64,000 nucleotides of DNA, taken from NCBI GenBank assembly GCA_019187485.1, contig JABAQR010000038.1:4407-68406 (forward strand), read 5' to 3'. Under the pieces are notes generated by a model. That model was not told where the DNA came from, made no database searches, and saw only the letters and a list, made by a program, of their open reading frames with translations. The translations under genes were made by a program, and so were the position numbers. Shown here piece after piece: positions 22,336-31,926 of this stretch; within the stretch, counting starts at the first letter, position 1; every line of letters starts with the position of its first letter. The stretch comes from Lysobacterales bacterium (lineage in GTDB: Bacteria > Pseudomonadota > Gammaproteobacteria > Xanthomonadales > SZUA-5).

Positions 22336-24135
22336 CTACTTGTCGTCCACCTGCAGCACCGCGAGGAAGGCTTCCTGCGGGATCTCCACGCGGCCGACCT
22401 GCTTCATGCGCTTCTTGCCGGCCTTCTGCTTCTCGAGCAGCTTGCGCTTGCGTGTGATGTCGCCGCCGTAGCACTTGGCGAGCACGTTCTTGCGCAGCGC
22501 CTTGACCGTGGTGCGCGCGATGATCTGCGCGCCGATCGCGGCCTGGATGGCGACATCGAACATCTGCCGCGGGATCAGCTCGCGCATGCGCTCGGCGAGG
22601 TCGCGACCGCGCCGGTCGGCCTGACTGCGGTGCACGATCAGGCTGAGCGCATCGACGCGGTCGCCGTTGATCAGCACGTCGACGCGTACGAAGGGGCCGG
22701 CCTCGAAGCGGTCGAGGTGGTAGTCGAAGGAGGCATAGCCACGACTGGCGCTCTTGAGGCGGTCGAAGAAATCCAGCACCACCTCGGCGAGCGGCATCTC
22801 GTAGTTGATCTGCACCTGGGTGCCGAGGTAGTTGATGCCCTTCTGGCGGCCGCGCTTTTCCTCGCACAGCGTGATCACCGGCCCGACGTAGTCCGGCGGC
22901 ACCAGGATGTTGGCGACGATCAGCGGTTCGCGGACTTCCTCGATCTCGCTCGGCAACGGCAGCTTGGCCGGATTGTCGATCTCGATGACCTCGCCGCCCT
23001 TCTTGACGATCTGGTAGACCACGGTCGGCGCGGTCGTGACCAGGTCGAGGTCGTATTCGCGTTCCAGGCGCTCCTGGACGATCTCCATGTGCAGCATGCC
23101 GAGGAAGCCGCAGCGGAAGCCGAAGCCCATCGCCTCGGAGGATTCCGGCTCGAACTGCAGCGCGGAATCGTTGAGCTTGAGCTTTTCCAGCGCTTCGCGG
23201 AGCGCGCCGTAGTCGTCGGCCTCGGTGGGGAACAGGCCGGCGAACACGCGCGGCTTGATCTTCTGGAAACCGGGCAAGGCCTCGGTGGCGGGCTTGGCCG
23301 CCTGGGTCAGGGTATCGCCGACCGGCGCGCCGTGGACTTCCTTGATCGCCGCGCACACGAAGCCGACCTCGCCGGTGCCGAGGCGTTCGCGCTGCACGCG
23401 CTTGGGCGTGAACACGCCCACCTGCTCCACGTACCAGCTGCGTCCGGTCGACATCACCAGGATCTTGTCGCCGACCGCGATCTCGCCCTGGACCACACGC
23501 ACCAGCGAGATCACGCCGAGGTAGTTGTCGAACCAGGAATCGACGATCAGCGCCTTCAGGGTCTTGTCGGCCGGGTCGGCCGGCGGCGGAATGCGCTGGA
23601 CGATCGACTCCAGCACCCTGCGCACGTTGAGGCCGGTCTTGGCGCTGATCTCGATGGCATCGGTGGCGTCGATGCCGATGACGTCCTCGATCTCCTGGCG
23701 CACCTTGTCCGGGTCGGCGCTCGGCAGGTCGATCTTGTTCAGCACCGGCACCACTTCCAGGCCCTGTTCGACCGCGGTGTAGCAGTTGGCGACGCTCTGC
23801 GCCTCCACGCCCTGGGCGGCGTCGACCACCAGCAGCGCGCCTTCGCAGGCGGCCAGCGAGCGCGAGACCTCGTAGGAGAAATCCACGTGCCCGGGGGTGT
23901 CGATGAAGTTCAGCTCGTAGGTGTTGCCGTCCTCGCTCTTGAACGGCAACGAGACCGACTGCGCCTTGATCGTGATGCCGCGCTCGCGCTCGATCGGGTT
24001 CGAGTCGAGCACCTGGTCCTCCATCTCGCGATCTTCCAGGCCACCGCAGATCTGGATGAAACGGTCGGCCAGCGTCGACTTGCCATGATCGACGTGGGCG
24101 ATGATCGAGAAGTTACGGATGAGCTTCATGGACAT
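22336..24135 (-). CDS. lepA: Translation elongation factor 4
   Basis: The ATG at 24135 gives [25 protein letters not shown], followed by DTPGHVDF and NKID. The 19-codon extension in the track is rejected. Confidence 0.96.
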   Translation of the reverse strand: MSMKLIRNFSIIAHVDHGKSTLADRFIQICGGLEDREMEDQVLDSNPIERERGITIKAQSVSLPFKSEDGNTYELNFIDTPGHVDFSYEVSRSLAACEGALLVVDAAQGVEAQSVANCYTAVEQGLEVVPVLNKIDLPSADPDKVRQEIEDVIGIDATDAIEISAKTGLNVRRVLESIVQRIPPPADPADKTLKALIVDSWFDNYLGVISLVRVVQGEIAVGDKILVMSTGRSWYVEQVGVFTPKRVQRERLGTGEVGFVCAAIKEVHGAPVGDTLTQAAKPATEALPGFQKIKPRVFAGLFPTEADDYGALREALEKLKLNDSALQFEPESSEAMGFGFRCGFLGMLHMEIVQERLEREYDLDLVTTAPTVVYQIVKKGGEVIEIDNPAKLPLPSEIEEVREPLIVANILVPPDYVGPVITLCEEKRGRQKGINYLGTQVQINYEMPLAEVVLDFFDRLKSASRGYASFDYHLDRFEAGPFVRVDVLINGDRVDALSLIVHRSQADRRGRDLAERMRELIPRQMFDVAIQAAIGAQIIARTTVKALRKNVLAKCYGGDITRKRKLLEKQKAGKKRMKQVGRVEIPQEAFLAVLQVDDK

Positions 24136-24340
24136 CGGGCGGGCCAGTGGTGCGTCCACGCCAGCGCCAGGCGCCGCGCGGCAGCCGCGCACGACGCGGC
24201 CTCGGGGAACCCGCGATTAAACCACGAGCCGGGTCGGGACTGCGACCCAGGCGATCCGCCTTGGTTCCCGACCCGGGAAGGCTCGAACAGCGCAACCGAC
24301 GCACCGGTTGGCGCTGCGAATCGGGAAGTTCGCCCGACTT

Positions 24341-25060
24341 TCAGAAAGATTCGCCGTAGGGTCGCAGGTCCAGCTCCTGCGTCCACGTGCCGCGCGGCTG
24401 CTGGTGCAGCAGCCAGTACTGCTCGGCGATGTCGGCTGGGGACAGAAAACGCTCGTCGCCGCGATCGGGAAAGTTCTGGCGCACCGTGGGCGTGTCGATC
24501 ATGCCGTCGATGACGACGTGGACCACGTGCACGCCCTGCGGGCCGAATTCGCGCGCCATGCTTTGCGCCAGTGCGCGCTGGCCGAATTTGCCCACGGCGA
24601 TGCCGGCAAAGTTGGCCCCGCCGCGCAGCGCCGCCGTGGCGCCGGTGAAGAGGATGGTGCCGGCACCGGCCTTGATCATGGCCGGCAGCACCTCGCGCGC
24701 CGCCAGAAAGCCGCCCAGGCAGTTGGCGCGCCAGGCGCTTTCGAAGCTTTCGGGTGTGAGCGTGAGGATGCCGCCGGTGGCAAAGGCGCCGGCGTTGCAC
24801 AGCAACACCGAGGGATCGCCAAGCGCCTCGCGGATGCGGGCAAAGGCCCGCGCGGTGGAAACCGCGTCGGAGATGTCGCAGTCGAAGCCGCGCGCCCTGC
24901 CGCCTGCCTGCGTGATGGCGTCCAGCGTGGACTGGCGACTCGTGCCGCTGCGCGAAAGCAGCGCCACAGCGTGGCCGCCGCGTGCAAAGCGCTCGGCCAG
25001 CGCGCTGCCCAGGCCGGGGCCGACTCCGACCACTGCGGTAATGGGTTGATTTGGGGGCAT
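24341..25060 (-). CDS. SDR-family oxidoreductase
   Basis: 239 aa with the dinucleotide-binding loop VVGVGPGLGSALA and an SDR-like core. Sequence composition looks slightly lower in GC than the flanks. Confidence 0.8.
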   Translation of the reverse strand: MPPNQPITAVVGVGPGLGSALAERFARGGHAVALLSRSGTSRQSTLDAITQAGGRARGFDCDISDAVSTARAFARIREALGDPSVLLCNAGAFATGGILTLTPESFESAWRANCLGGFLAAREVLPAMIKAGAGTILFTGATAALRGGANFAGIAVGKFGQRALAQSMAREFGPQGVHVVHVVIDGMIDTPTVRQNFPDRGDERFLSPADIAEQYWLLHQQPRGTWTQELDLRPYGESF

Positions 25061-25149
25061 GCGGAAAACTCCTGGAGACTGGAAGTCGGCACGGCATCAC
25101 CTCACGCCGCCCAACCGGGGCGAGATCGCCCGCCCCCGGACGATGCGGA

Positions 25150-25749
25150 TCAGGCGCCAGCCTTCAGCCGGCCAGCCACGTCGAGCAGGCGCAGCGTCTG
25201 CACCTTGATCGATGCCTTGGCCTCGTCGGTGAAGGGCTGGCCCTGCGTGTGGCTGTAGCCGTAGGGGTTGCCGCCGGTCTTGTAGATGGCCGGATCCGTG
25301 AAGCCCGGCGCCACCACGATGCTGCCCCAGTGCAGCGCGGAGGCATAGAAGGACATCAGCGTCTGCTCCTGGCCACCGTGGGCGTTCTGGGCAGAGGTCA
25401 TCGCCGAAACCGCCTTGTTGACCAGCTTGCCCTGGGCCCAGATCGGTCCCAGGGTATCGATGAAGGCACGCATCTGGCTGGCCTGCACGCCGAAGCGCGT
25501 GGGGCAGGAAAACAGATACGCATCGGCCCAGACCATGTCGTCGGGGGTGACGTTGGCAATGTGCGCGGTCCGCTCGGCCACGGCCTTCCAATGCTGCTGT
25601 CCGGCAACCACCTCGGCGGGTGCGGTTTCGCGTGCCTTCAGCAGGCGCACTTCGGCTCCCGCTGATTTGGCGAATTCGGCGGCGAGGGTGGCCATCTCGT
25701 AGTTGGTGCCGTAGGTCGAGTAATAAATGACGGCAAGTTTGATGCTCAT
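25150..25749 (-). CDS. wrbA: NAD(P)H:quinone oxidoreductase (flavodoxin-like)
   Basis: MSIKLAVIYYSTYGTNYEMA N-terminus; 199 aa; WrbA-like throughout. Confidence 0.85.
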   Translation of the reverse strand: MSIKLAVIYYSTYGTNYEMATLAAEFAKSAGAEVRLLKARETAPAEVVAGQQHWKAVAERTAHIANVTPDDMVWADAYLFSCPTRFGVQASQMRAFIDTLGPIWAQGKLVNKAVSAMTSAQNAHGGQEQTLMSFYASALHWGSIVVAPGFTDPAIYKTGGNPYGYSHTQGQPFTDEAKASIKVQTLRLLDVAGRLKAGA

Positions 25750-25788
25750 GGGGTGTTCCTTGAATAAAAGAGGGAAGAGGAGGAAATT

Positions 25789-26766
25789 TCAGGCCAAGTC
25801 TCTGCTCGGCGCCTGGTCGAGGTCGAGAATGGGCCCGGCAGGCACGATGCCGTTGGGGTTGATCGTGGGGTGGCTGCGGTAATAGTGCTGCTTGATGTGG
25901 TCCATGTTCACCGTCTCGGCCACGCCCGGCGCCTGGTACAGCTCGCGCGTGTAGCTCCACAGATGGGGGTAGTCCACCAGGCGGCGCAGGTTGCACTTGA
26001 AGTGGCCGTGATACACCGCGTCGAAGCGGATCAGCGTGGTAAAGAGGCGCCAGTCGGCCTCGGTCAGCGCCTCACCCAGCAGCCAGCGCTGACCGGAAAG
26101 CGTGGCTTCCAGTTGATCCAGACGCGCAAACAGCGCCTGCACGGCCTCATCGTAGGCCCGCTGCGTGGTGGCGAAGCCGGCCTTGTAGACGCCGTTGTTC
26201 ACTTCGTCGTAGATCACTGCATTGATGGCGTCGATCTTGGGCAGCAGCGTGGCCGGCGCGTAGTCGCCCGCCTTGGCGCCCACGCCGTCAAAGGCCGAAT
26301 TGAACATGCGGATGATGTCGGCCGACTCGTTGCTGACGATGGTGTCCTGCTTGAGGTCCCACAGCACCGGAATCGTCACGCGGCCGCTGTAGTTGGGGTC
26401 GGCGCGCAGGTAGAGCTCGTACATGCGCTCGGCACCCATCACCGGGTCGGCAACGACGCCGGGGCCGGACTCGAAGGTCCAGCCCTCGCTGCCCAAATGG
26501 GGGTTGACCACCGACAGGCCGATCCTGTCCTCCAGGCCCTTGAGCTTGCGAAAGATCAGCGCGCGGCTGGCCCACGGACAAGCCAGCGACACGTACAGGT
26601 GGTAGCGCCCGGGCTCGGCCTTGAAACCACCGCGTCCGCTGGGGCCGGCGCTGCCGTCCGTCGTGACCCAGTTGCGAAACCGCGCCGCGCTGCGCTCGAA
26701 GCGCCCGCCCGTGCTCGCGGTGTCGTACCCCTGGTCCTGCCATTGGCCGTCAATCAGTAGTCCCAT
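25789..26766 (-). CDS. yqjG: Glutathionyl-hydroquinone reductase (Xi-class GST)
   Basis: The ATG at 26766 gives MGLLIDGQWQDQGYD. The CPWASR active-site motif is present after RYHLYVSLA. The upstream 117 codons of the track ORF are rejected. Confidence 0.85.
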   Translation of the reverse strand: MGLLIDGQWQDQGYDTASTGGRFERSAARFRNWVTTDGSAGPSGRGGFKAEPGRYHLYVSLACPWASRALIFRKLKGLEDRIGLSVVNPHLGSEGWTFESGPGVVADPVMGAERMYELYLRADPNYSGRVTIPVLWDLKQDTIVSNESADIIRMFNSAFDGVGAKAGDYAPATLLPKIDAINAVIYDEVNNGVYKAGFATTQRAYDEAVQALFARLDQLEATLSGQRWLLGEALTEADWRLFTTLIRFDAVYHGHFKCNLRRLVDYPHLWSYTRELYQAPGVAETVNMDHIKQHYYRSHPTINPNGIVPAGPILDLDQAPSRDLA

Positions 26767-26941
26767 GCAGATATTTCTCCTTGTCTTGAATCCTCGTGCC
26801 GGTGCCGTCACTCGCGCTGCGAATCGGGCACTTCGTCGTTCTTCACCATGTTCTGGACCTTGACGTAGGACTCGTACAGCAGCGGGTACTTGGGGTAGAT
26901 GTGCGCGGGAGCGGGACACGGGAAGCGGTTGATCGGGCATG

Positions 26942-26964
26942 GACGAGTCCGGCCGGGACTCGTC
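26942..26964 (-). terminator. Perfect 9-bp stem-loop downstream of mucB
   Basis: GACGAGTCC-GGCCG-GGACTCGTC lies 38 nt after the mucB stop. There is no U-tract, so terminator function is inferred from position only. Confidence 0.4.
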
Positions 26965-27001
26965 AACCCGCGCTTCGGTCCAGCGCATGCCCGGACCGGA
27001 C

Positions 27002-27901
27002 TCAGTCGGCCGGCATCGCCGCCTCCCCCACCCGCCGCAGGGTCGCCTGCGGCAAGTCGCCGAGCACGTAGTACCAATCCTCGCCGTTGCGCAGGGTGAC
27101 CTGGCCGAGCGCACCATGGCGCCAGCCCTCGGTCTCGATCACCTTGCCCGGAGGGAGATTCAGACGATAGACCGAGACCCAGGCCACCCCGTCCGAAAGC
27201 ACCCAGTGGTGCGCACCGGCGAGACCGGGAACAGCCAGCGCCGAGCCCACGAGCTGGAATCCCGCCGGCAACTTCCAGTCGGAGGGTATGCTGGATGGAG
27301 TGGATCCCGGCACAGGCGACCCGGCGAACCCGAGTACCGCCAGGCGCGTGACCATGCGCCGCTCCAGCGGACTCTGATCGTAAGCGCGGCGTTCACTGCG
27401 CAACGGCAGCCCGGTATCGACGTCGATCCACACTCGCAGCCCGTAGCGGTCGGGATGACGCGGCTGCAGGCTCAGGCGCACGGCGCGCCGGCCGGCGACA
27501 CGGTCGCGCGCGTCGACTGCGACCTCGTAGGACTGATCGAGCGCCGCCAGCAAGGGCCCGGCGCGGAACTGCGGTCCCTGGCCGATGCGCTGGTCGCCTT
27601 CCGACGAGAGCACCGAGATTCCCTGGGCGGTGCGCACCTGGCGACGGCCGGCACCGTTCTGCGCGACCCACTGCTGTTCGGGTCCGGCCGGACCGATGCG
27701 TTGCGAGACCTCGAACAGCTCCCAGTCGTCGTTGCCGCTGTCGATCACCAGCGTCGCGTCGTAATTGAGCGCACGCTGCGCCTTGTCCATCCGCAGCGCC
27801 CAAACCCGCCAGTCCTCGCCCGGCAGCGTCGGCGCGGACGTCGACTGCGCGAGGGCGGCGCCGGCGGCGAGGCCGAGCAGACAGCCGGCGAGCCAGCGCA
27901 T
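27002..27901 (-). CDS. mucB: Sigma-E regulatory protein RseB/MucB
   Basis: The ATG at 27901 gives a signal peptide (MRWLAGCLLGLAAGAALA). It is positioned after rseA, and its length and composition fit RseB. Confidence 0.8.
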   Translation of the reverse strand: MRWLAGCLLGLAAGAALAQSTSAPTLPGEDWRVWALRMDKAQRALNYDATLVIDSGNDDWELFEVSQRIGPAGPEQQWVAQNGAGRRQVRTAQGISVLSSEGDQRIGQGPQFRAGPLLAALDQSYEVAVDARDRVAGRRAVRLSLQPRHPDRYGLRVWIDVDTGLPLRSERRAYDQSPLERRMVTRLAVLGFAGSPVPGSTPSSIPSDWKLPAGFQLVGSALAVPGLAGAHHWVLSDGVAWVSVYRLNLPPGKVIETEGWRHGALGQVTLRNGEDWYYVLGDLPQATLRRVGEAAMPAD

Positions 27902-27909
27902 GCTGCCGC

Positions 27910-28539
27910 TCAGCGCGGTGCATCCTGCACGGACACCGGCAGCAGCATCCGCTGTTCGGGGCGCGCGTACACCGGCTGCGAACCACCCACCCACCAGCCG
28001 CCGTCGACCAACTGGCCGTGGCGCATCAACAGCATCTGTTCGGCGGTGATCGGCGTCGGCAACGGAGCGAGCACGCGACTGCGTTCGCCAGCGACCGGCT
28101 GCACGCCGTCGCCCAGACCCGCCAGGCTCGGTGCGATCGGCCCCGGCACGCCGACCGGCAACGCCGTACGCGGCGCCGGCGCCCGCGCGGACAGATCGCC
28201 CGCCGGCTCCAGTTCCATGCGCGGCGAGAACGCGAGCACCGCGGCGAGTGCCACCGAGGCGGCCAGCGCCAGGCCCGCGAGCGGCCGCCAGACGCGTGCG
28301 GCGCGCGGCGCGGTGGGAGCGGCGTCGCTGCTGGCGAGCGCGCGCATCACGCGATCGGACAGATCCAGCGGCGCACCGCCCGGACGGTGGCTCATGACGT
28401 CGCGCACCAGGTGCATGCGCGTCCACATCGAGCGCAGTTCGGCATCGTGCTCGAGGCGGCGCAACAGGAAGGCGCGTTCGTCGCGGCCGAGCTCGCCGTC
28501 CATCAAGGCCGACAGTTGTTCGCGGATGTCTTCGCTCAT
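27910..28539 (-). CDS. rseA: Anti-sigma-E factor RseA/MucA
   Basis: The ATG at 28539 gives MSEDIREQLSALMDGELGRDE (anti-sigma N-terminal motif). A central hydrophobic helix is present, and the gene lies between rpoE and mucB. Confidence 0.8.
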   Translation of the reverse strand: MSEDIREQLSALMDGELGRDERAFLLRRLEHDAELRSMWTRMHLVRDVMSHRPGGAPLDLSDRVMRALASSDAAPTAPRAARVWRPLAGLALAASVALAAVLAFSPRMELEPAGDLSARAPAPRTALPVGVPGPIAPSLAGLGDGVQPVAGERSRVLAPLPTPITAEQMLLMRHGQLVDGGWWVGGSQPVYARPEQRMLLPVSVQDAPR

Positions 28540-28543
28540 CGTC

Positions 28544-29209
28544 TCAACCCTCCACCAGCGGACGGATCCGGCGATCCACCGCATCGCGCCCGCGGAAGAT
28601 GCGCGAGCGCACCGTGCCGATCGGGCAGTTCATGATCTGCGCGATTTCCTCGTAGCTCAAACCATCGATCTCGCGCAGCGTCAGCGCCGTGCGGATCTCC
28701 TCCGGCAGGTCCTCGACCGCGGCGATCACGGTGCGTTCGACTTCCTCGCGCAGGAATTCGTTCTCGGGCGTGGCGCGCTCGTGCATGCGCGCGGTCGCCT
28801 CGTGGTGCACGGCATCATCCATCTGGATGTCGTCCAGCGGCGGTCGCCGCGACTGCGACACCAGGAAGTTCTTCGCGGTGTTCACCGCGATCTTGTACAG
28901 CCAGGTGTAGAAGGCGCTGTCGCCGCGGAAGTTCGGCAGCGCACGGAAGGCCTTGATGAAGGCCTCCTGGGCGACGTCCTGGGCCTCGTGCCAGTCCGGC
29001 ACGAAACGCTGCACGAGCGCGACGATGCGATGCTGGTACTTGCGCACCAGCAGGTCGAAGGCGAGGCGGTCGCCTGCCTGCACGCGCTCCACCAGGGCCG
29101 CGTCGATTGCCGCCTCTTCCACCGATCCCCCCGTCTGTGTGACCGGCCTCGGCGCCGGCGGCAGGCTGCGCGCCACAGGCGCGTGCCTCTGGAAGTTCAA
29201 CAGGCCCAT
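28544..29209 (-). CDS. rpoE: RNA polymerase sigma-E (sigma-24)
   Basis: From the ATG at 29209: DAALVERVQAGDRLAFDLLVRKYQHRI...DVAQEAFIKAF...FYTWLYKIAVNTAKN...LREIDGLSYEEIAQIMNCPIGTVRSRIFRGR. Confidence 0.93.
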   Translation of the reverse strand: MGLLNFQRHAPVARSLPPAPRPVTQTGGSVEEAAIDAALVERVQAGDRLAFDLLVRKYQHRIVALVQRFVPDWHEAQDVAQEAFIKAFRALPNFRGDSAFYTWLYKIAVNTAKNFLVSQSRRPPLDDIQMDDAVHHEATARMHERATPENEFLREEVERTVIAAVEDLPEEIRTALTLREIDGLSYEEIAQIMNCPIGTVRSRIFRGRDAVDRRIRPLVEG

Positions 29210-29238
29210 GTTGCTCCTCGCCACTGCTCGACCGCGAT

Positions 29239-29266
29239 TGTGACCGGGTCTTGCCGCGAAAGTTCC
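29239..29266 (-). promoter_or_regulatory. Sigma-E/AlgU-type autoregulatory promoter candidate
   Basis: The minus strand reads GGAACTT (29266-29260), then 16 nt, then TCACA (29243-29239), about 30 nt upstream of the rpoE ATG. It matches the GGAACTT-N16-TCnnA consensus known for sigma-E promoters. Confidence 0.6.
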
Positions 29267-29315
29267 GCGGGCACGGGGAGCGTGGATTAGACGCAATGGT
29301 TGCCGAGGGTGCAAA

Positions 29316-29404
29316 GGCGGGGCTGGGGACTGGGGCTGGGGCGCAATCACGGCATTTCGGTCGGGCCGAAGTGCTCGAATTCGCACCCCAGCCCCAGTCC
29401 CGCC
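29316..29404. repeat. Palindromic intergenic element with GGGGCT/GGGGACT tandem arms
   Basis: The left arm is GGCGGGGCTGGGGACTGGGGCTGGGGCG (29316-29343). The right arm is CGCACCCCAGCCCCAGTCCCGCC (29382-29404), which carries one unit fewer. The core contains its own hairpin, CATTTCGG...CCGAAGTG. Confidence 0.93.
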
Positions 29405-29415
29405 TCTGCTGCTGC

Positions 29416-31926
29416 CTACTCCGCCGCAATCTCCGCCAGCAGCCGCGCGCGCTCGTTGAGCAGATTCTCGAAGCTCGCGGCCGGCAGCGGACGGCAGAAC
29501 AGGTAGCCCTGCAATTCCTGGCAACCGTGATCACGCAGGAAACGCAGGTGATCCTCGGTCTCGACGCCTTCGGCGACCACGATGCGGTCCATGTTGCGCG
29601 CCATGTTGATGGTCGCGCGCACGATCGCCTCGTCGGCCGGGTCGACGCCGATGTTGCGCACGAAGGTCTGGTCGATCTTGATGCGGTCGGCCGGGAAGCG
29701 CTTGATGTAGTCGAGCGAGGACTGGCCAGTGCCGAAATCGTCGATCGCGATGTGACAACCCAGTTCGTTGAGCGCGCCGAGCAACTCCATCAGGTTCGGA
29801 ATGTCCTTGATGTTGATCGACTCGGTGACTTCGAGGTCGAGGTATTGCGCCGCCAGCCCGGACTCCTCGAGCGCCGACTCGATCACTTCGACGAGGTTCG
29901 GCTGCCTCAACTGAAGCGCGGAAAGATTCACGCTGACGCGCAGCGGCAGGCCGAACTTGTCGATCCAGCGGCGCGCGTCGGTGCAGGCCGTGCGCAGGAT
30001 CCACTCGCCGATCGGCACGATCAGGCCGGTGTCCTCGGCGATCGGGATGAAGAATCCTGGCGAGATCAGGCCGAGCTCCGGATGCTCCCAGCGGATCAGC
30101 GACTCCATGCCGATGATGTCTTCGGTCTTGGCGTCCACCTGCGGCTGGTAGTAGGCGCGCAACTCGTGGTTGCGCTCGGCCACGCGCAGCTTGGTCTCGA
30201 GATCCAGCCGCTGGCGGTGCGACTCCTCGGGCACCGCCACGTAGACCTGGTAGCAGTTGCGGCCCATGCCCTTGGCGCTGTACATGGCCACGTCGGCGTG
30301 CTTGAGCAGGGTCTCGCCGTCCTTGCCATCGTCCGGGAAGAAGCTGATGCCGATGCTCGCGGTGATCTGCAACTCGCGACCATCGGTCAACGTCAGCGGC
30401 GTTTCCAGCACCTTGACGATCTTGTCGGCGATGCGGGTGACGTCGTCGCGCTGAACGATGTGGCGCAGGATCAGCGTGAACTCGTCGCCGGCGTAACGGG
30501 ACACCGTGTCCGAGGCGCGCACCGAAGCGCGCAGGCGCTTGGCGACTGCGCTCAGCACCTGGTCGCCGACCGCGTGCCCCAGACTGTCGTTGATGGTCTT
30601 GAAGCGATCAAGGTCCACGAACAGCACCGCGAACTGCTCGCTGCCGCGACTGGCCTCGGCGATCGCGGAAGTCAGGCGATCATTGAACAACAGCCGGTTG
30701 GGCAGCCGCGTCAACGAGTCGTGCAAGCCCTGGAAGCGGCTGTCGGAGCGGTAGCGGGCGACCAGCGATTGCAAGGCCAGGTGCGAGCCGACCATGCGCA
30801 GCACGCTCAGCAGCTCGCCCGCGCGCGGCTGTGCTTTGCGCCCGCCGGCGATCAGCGCCCCGATGGCGCGTTGCCCTTCACCGAACAGCGGCAACGCAAG
30901 CACGCTCGCCAGACGCAACTGCTTGAAGAAATGTTCACCCAGGCGGGTGATCGCGTCTTCGCCGGCGCTGAACTCGGCGCCTGCCAGCACCCGCCGGTAG
31001 AGCTCGGTCTGCCACACCGGATGCACCCCGCCCTGGCCGGTGCGCGGGAAGGCGGCGAGCACTTGCGGCTCGGACTCCGAGCCACCGCGCTCGACGCAAA
31101 CGTAGAAGAAATCGAGACCATAGTCGGCGATCAGCCGCTTCAGCACCGGCTGCACGCCCTGGCTGTCAAGGCCGCTGCGCGCCAGGCCCGCAAGCACTTC
31201 GAGCGGCGAGTCGGCCAGCGCGCTCGCGGTCAGCAGCACCAGCCGACCGTGCGCATCACCGTAGCCGAGCGCGGCGAGGCCAACCAGACGCGGATCGCCC
31301 TGGGCGTCGATGCGAGCCTCGCCCAGGCCCAGGCCCTCGGCGCGTACCGGCGGGAGTTCGCCGACCAGCGCGTTCGCCGACGCGCCGGCGAGCGTCTCGC
31401 GATCACAACGCAGCAGCTTCAGGGCGCGGCCGTTGGCCTGCCGAACCCGGTCGGAGGCCAGGTCGACGATCAGCGCTGGAGTTTCCAGTTGCTCGATCCA
31501 GTCGCCGCCGCCCTCTCCAGCCGAGCTGCTGCGCACGGGGGCCAGCAGATCACGCGCGTGGCGCAGCACTTCCGGTGCGTTGACCGGACTCTTGACCCAC
31601 ACGGCGACCGGCGCATTCGGGCCACCGGGCGTTCCGGGTGCGCTGGCGTTCGCAGCCAGCACGCCGATGCGCGGCACCAGGCGCCAGCGCGGATGACCGG
31701 CAAGCAGCCGACACAGGCCCTCGGCTTCCGCATTGGGTTCCACGAACTCGACGAAAATCAGCGCCAGCTCCGGTTCCTGCGCGAGCAACGCATGCGCCTG
31801 TGCGGCATCGCGAGCGGTGTAGATCGCGTCGAAATCGGCACCATCGAAGGCGTCGAAAAGCACGCGCCGGTCGTCGCGATTGTTGGCGACGATCAGCACA
31901 CCACCATCCGAATTCTCGTTTTTCAT
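29416..31926 (-). CDS. FimX-like c-di-GMP protein: degenerate receiver, GAF/PAS-like region, GGDEF (AGDEF) and EAL (ESL) domains
   Basis: 836 aa. The N-terminal receiver-like fold lacks the acceptor Asp (LALIFVEF). The GGDEF domain has RYAGDEFTLIL. The EAL domain has ESLIRWEHP, DDFGTGQSS, KIDQTF, EGVE and QGY. Confidence 0.9.
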   Translation of the reverse strand: MKNENSDGGVLIVANNRDDRRVLFDAFDGADFDAIYTARDAAQAHALLAQEPELALIFVEFVEPNAEAEGLCRLLAGHPRWRLVPRIGVLAANASAPGTPGGPNAPVAVWVKSPVNAPEVLRHARDLLAPVRSSSAGEGGGDWIEQLETPALIVDLASDRVRQANGRALKLLRCDRETLAGASANALVGELPPVRAEGLGLGEARIDAQGDPRLVGLAALGYGDAHGRLVLLTASALADSPLEVLAGLARSGLDSQGVQPVLKRLIADYGLDFFYVCVERGGSESEPQVLAAFPRTGQGGVHPVWQTELYRRVLAGAEFSAGEDAITRLGEHFFKQLRLASVLALPLFGEGQRAIGALIAGGRKAQPRAGELLSVLRMVGSHLALQSLVARYRSDSRFQGLHDSLTRLPNRLLFNDRLTSAIAEASRGSEQFAVLFVDLDRFKTINDSLGHAVGDQVLSAVAKRLRASVRASDTVSRYAGDEFTLILRHIVQRDDVTRIADKIVKVLETPLTLTDGRELQITASIGISFFPDDGKDGETLLKHADVAMYSAKGMGRNCYQVYVAVPEESHRQRLDLETKLRVAERNHELRAYYQPQVDAKTEDIIGMESLIRWEHPELGLISPGFFIPIAEDTGLIVPIGEWILRTACTDARRWIDKFGLPLRVSVNLSALQLRQPNLVEVIESALEESGLAAQYLDLEVTESINIKDIPNLMELLGALNELGCHIAIDDFGTGQSSLDYIKRFPADRIKIDQTFVRNIGVDPADEAIVRATINMARNMDRIVVAEGVETEDHLRFLRDHGCQELQGYLFCRPLPAASFENLLNERARLLAEIAAE

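Noticed and set aside
24229-24276. 11-bp inverted repeat CCGGGTCGGGA...TCCCGACCCGG between the SDR gene and lepA, considered as a member of the repeat family
   Set aside because: It has no tandem units and no shared core motif. It is more simply a terminator-like hairpin or boundary structure. I note it as a cassette border feature but do not claim it as a family member.
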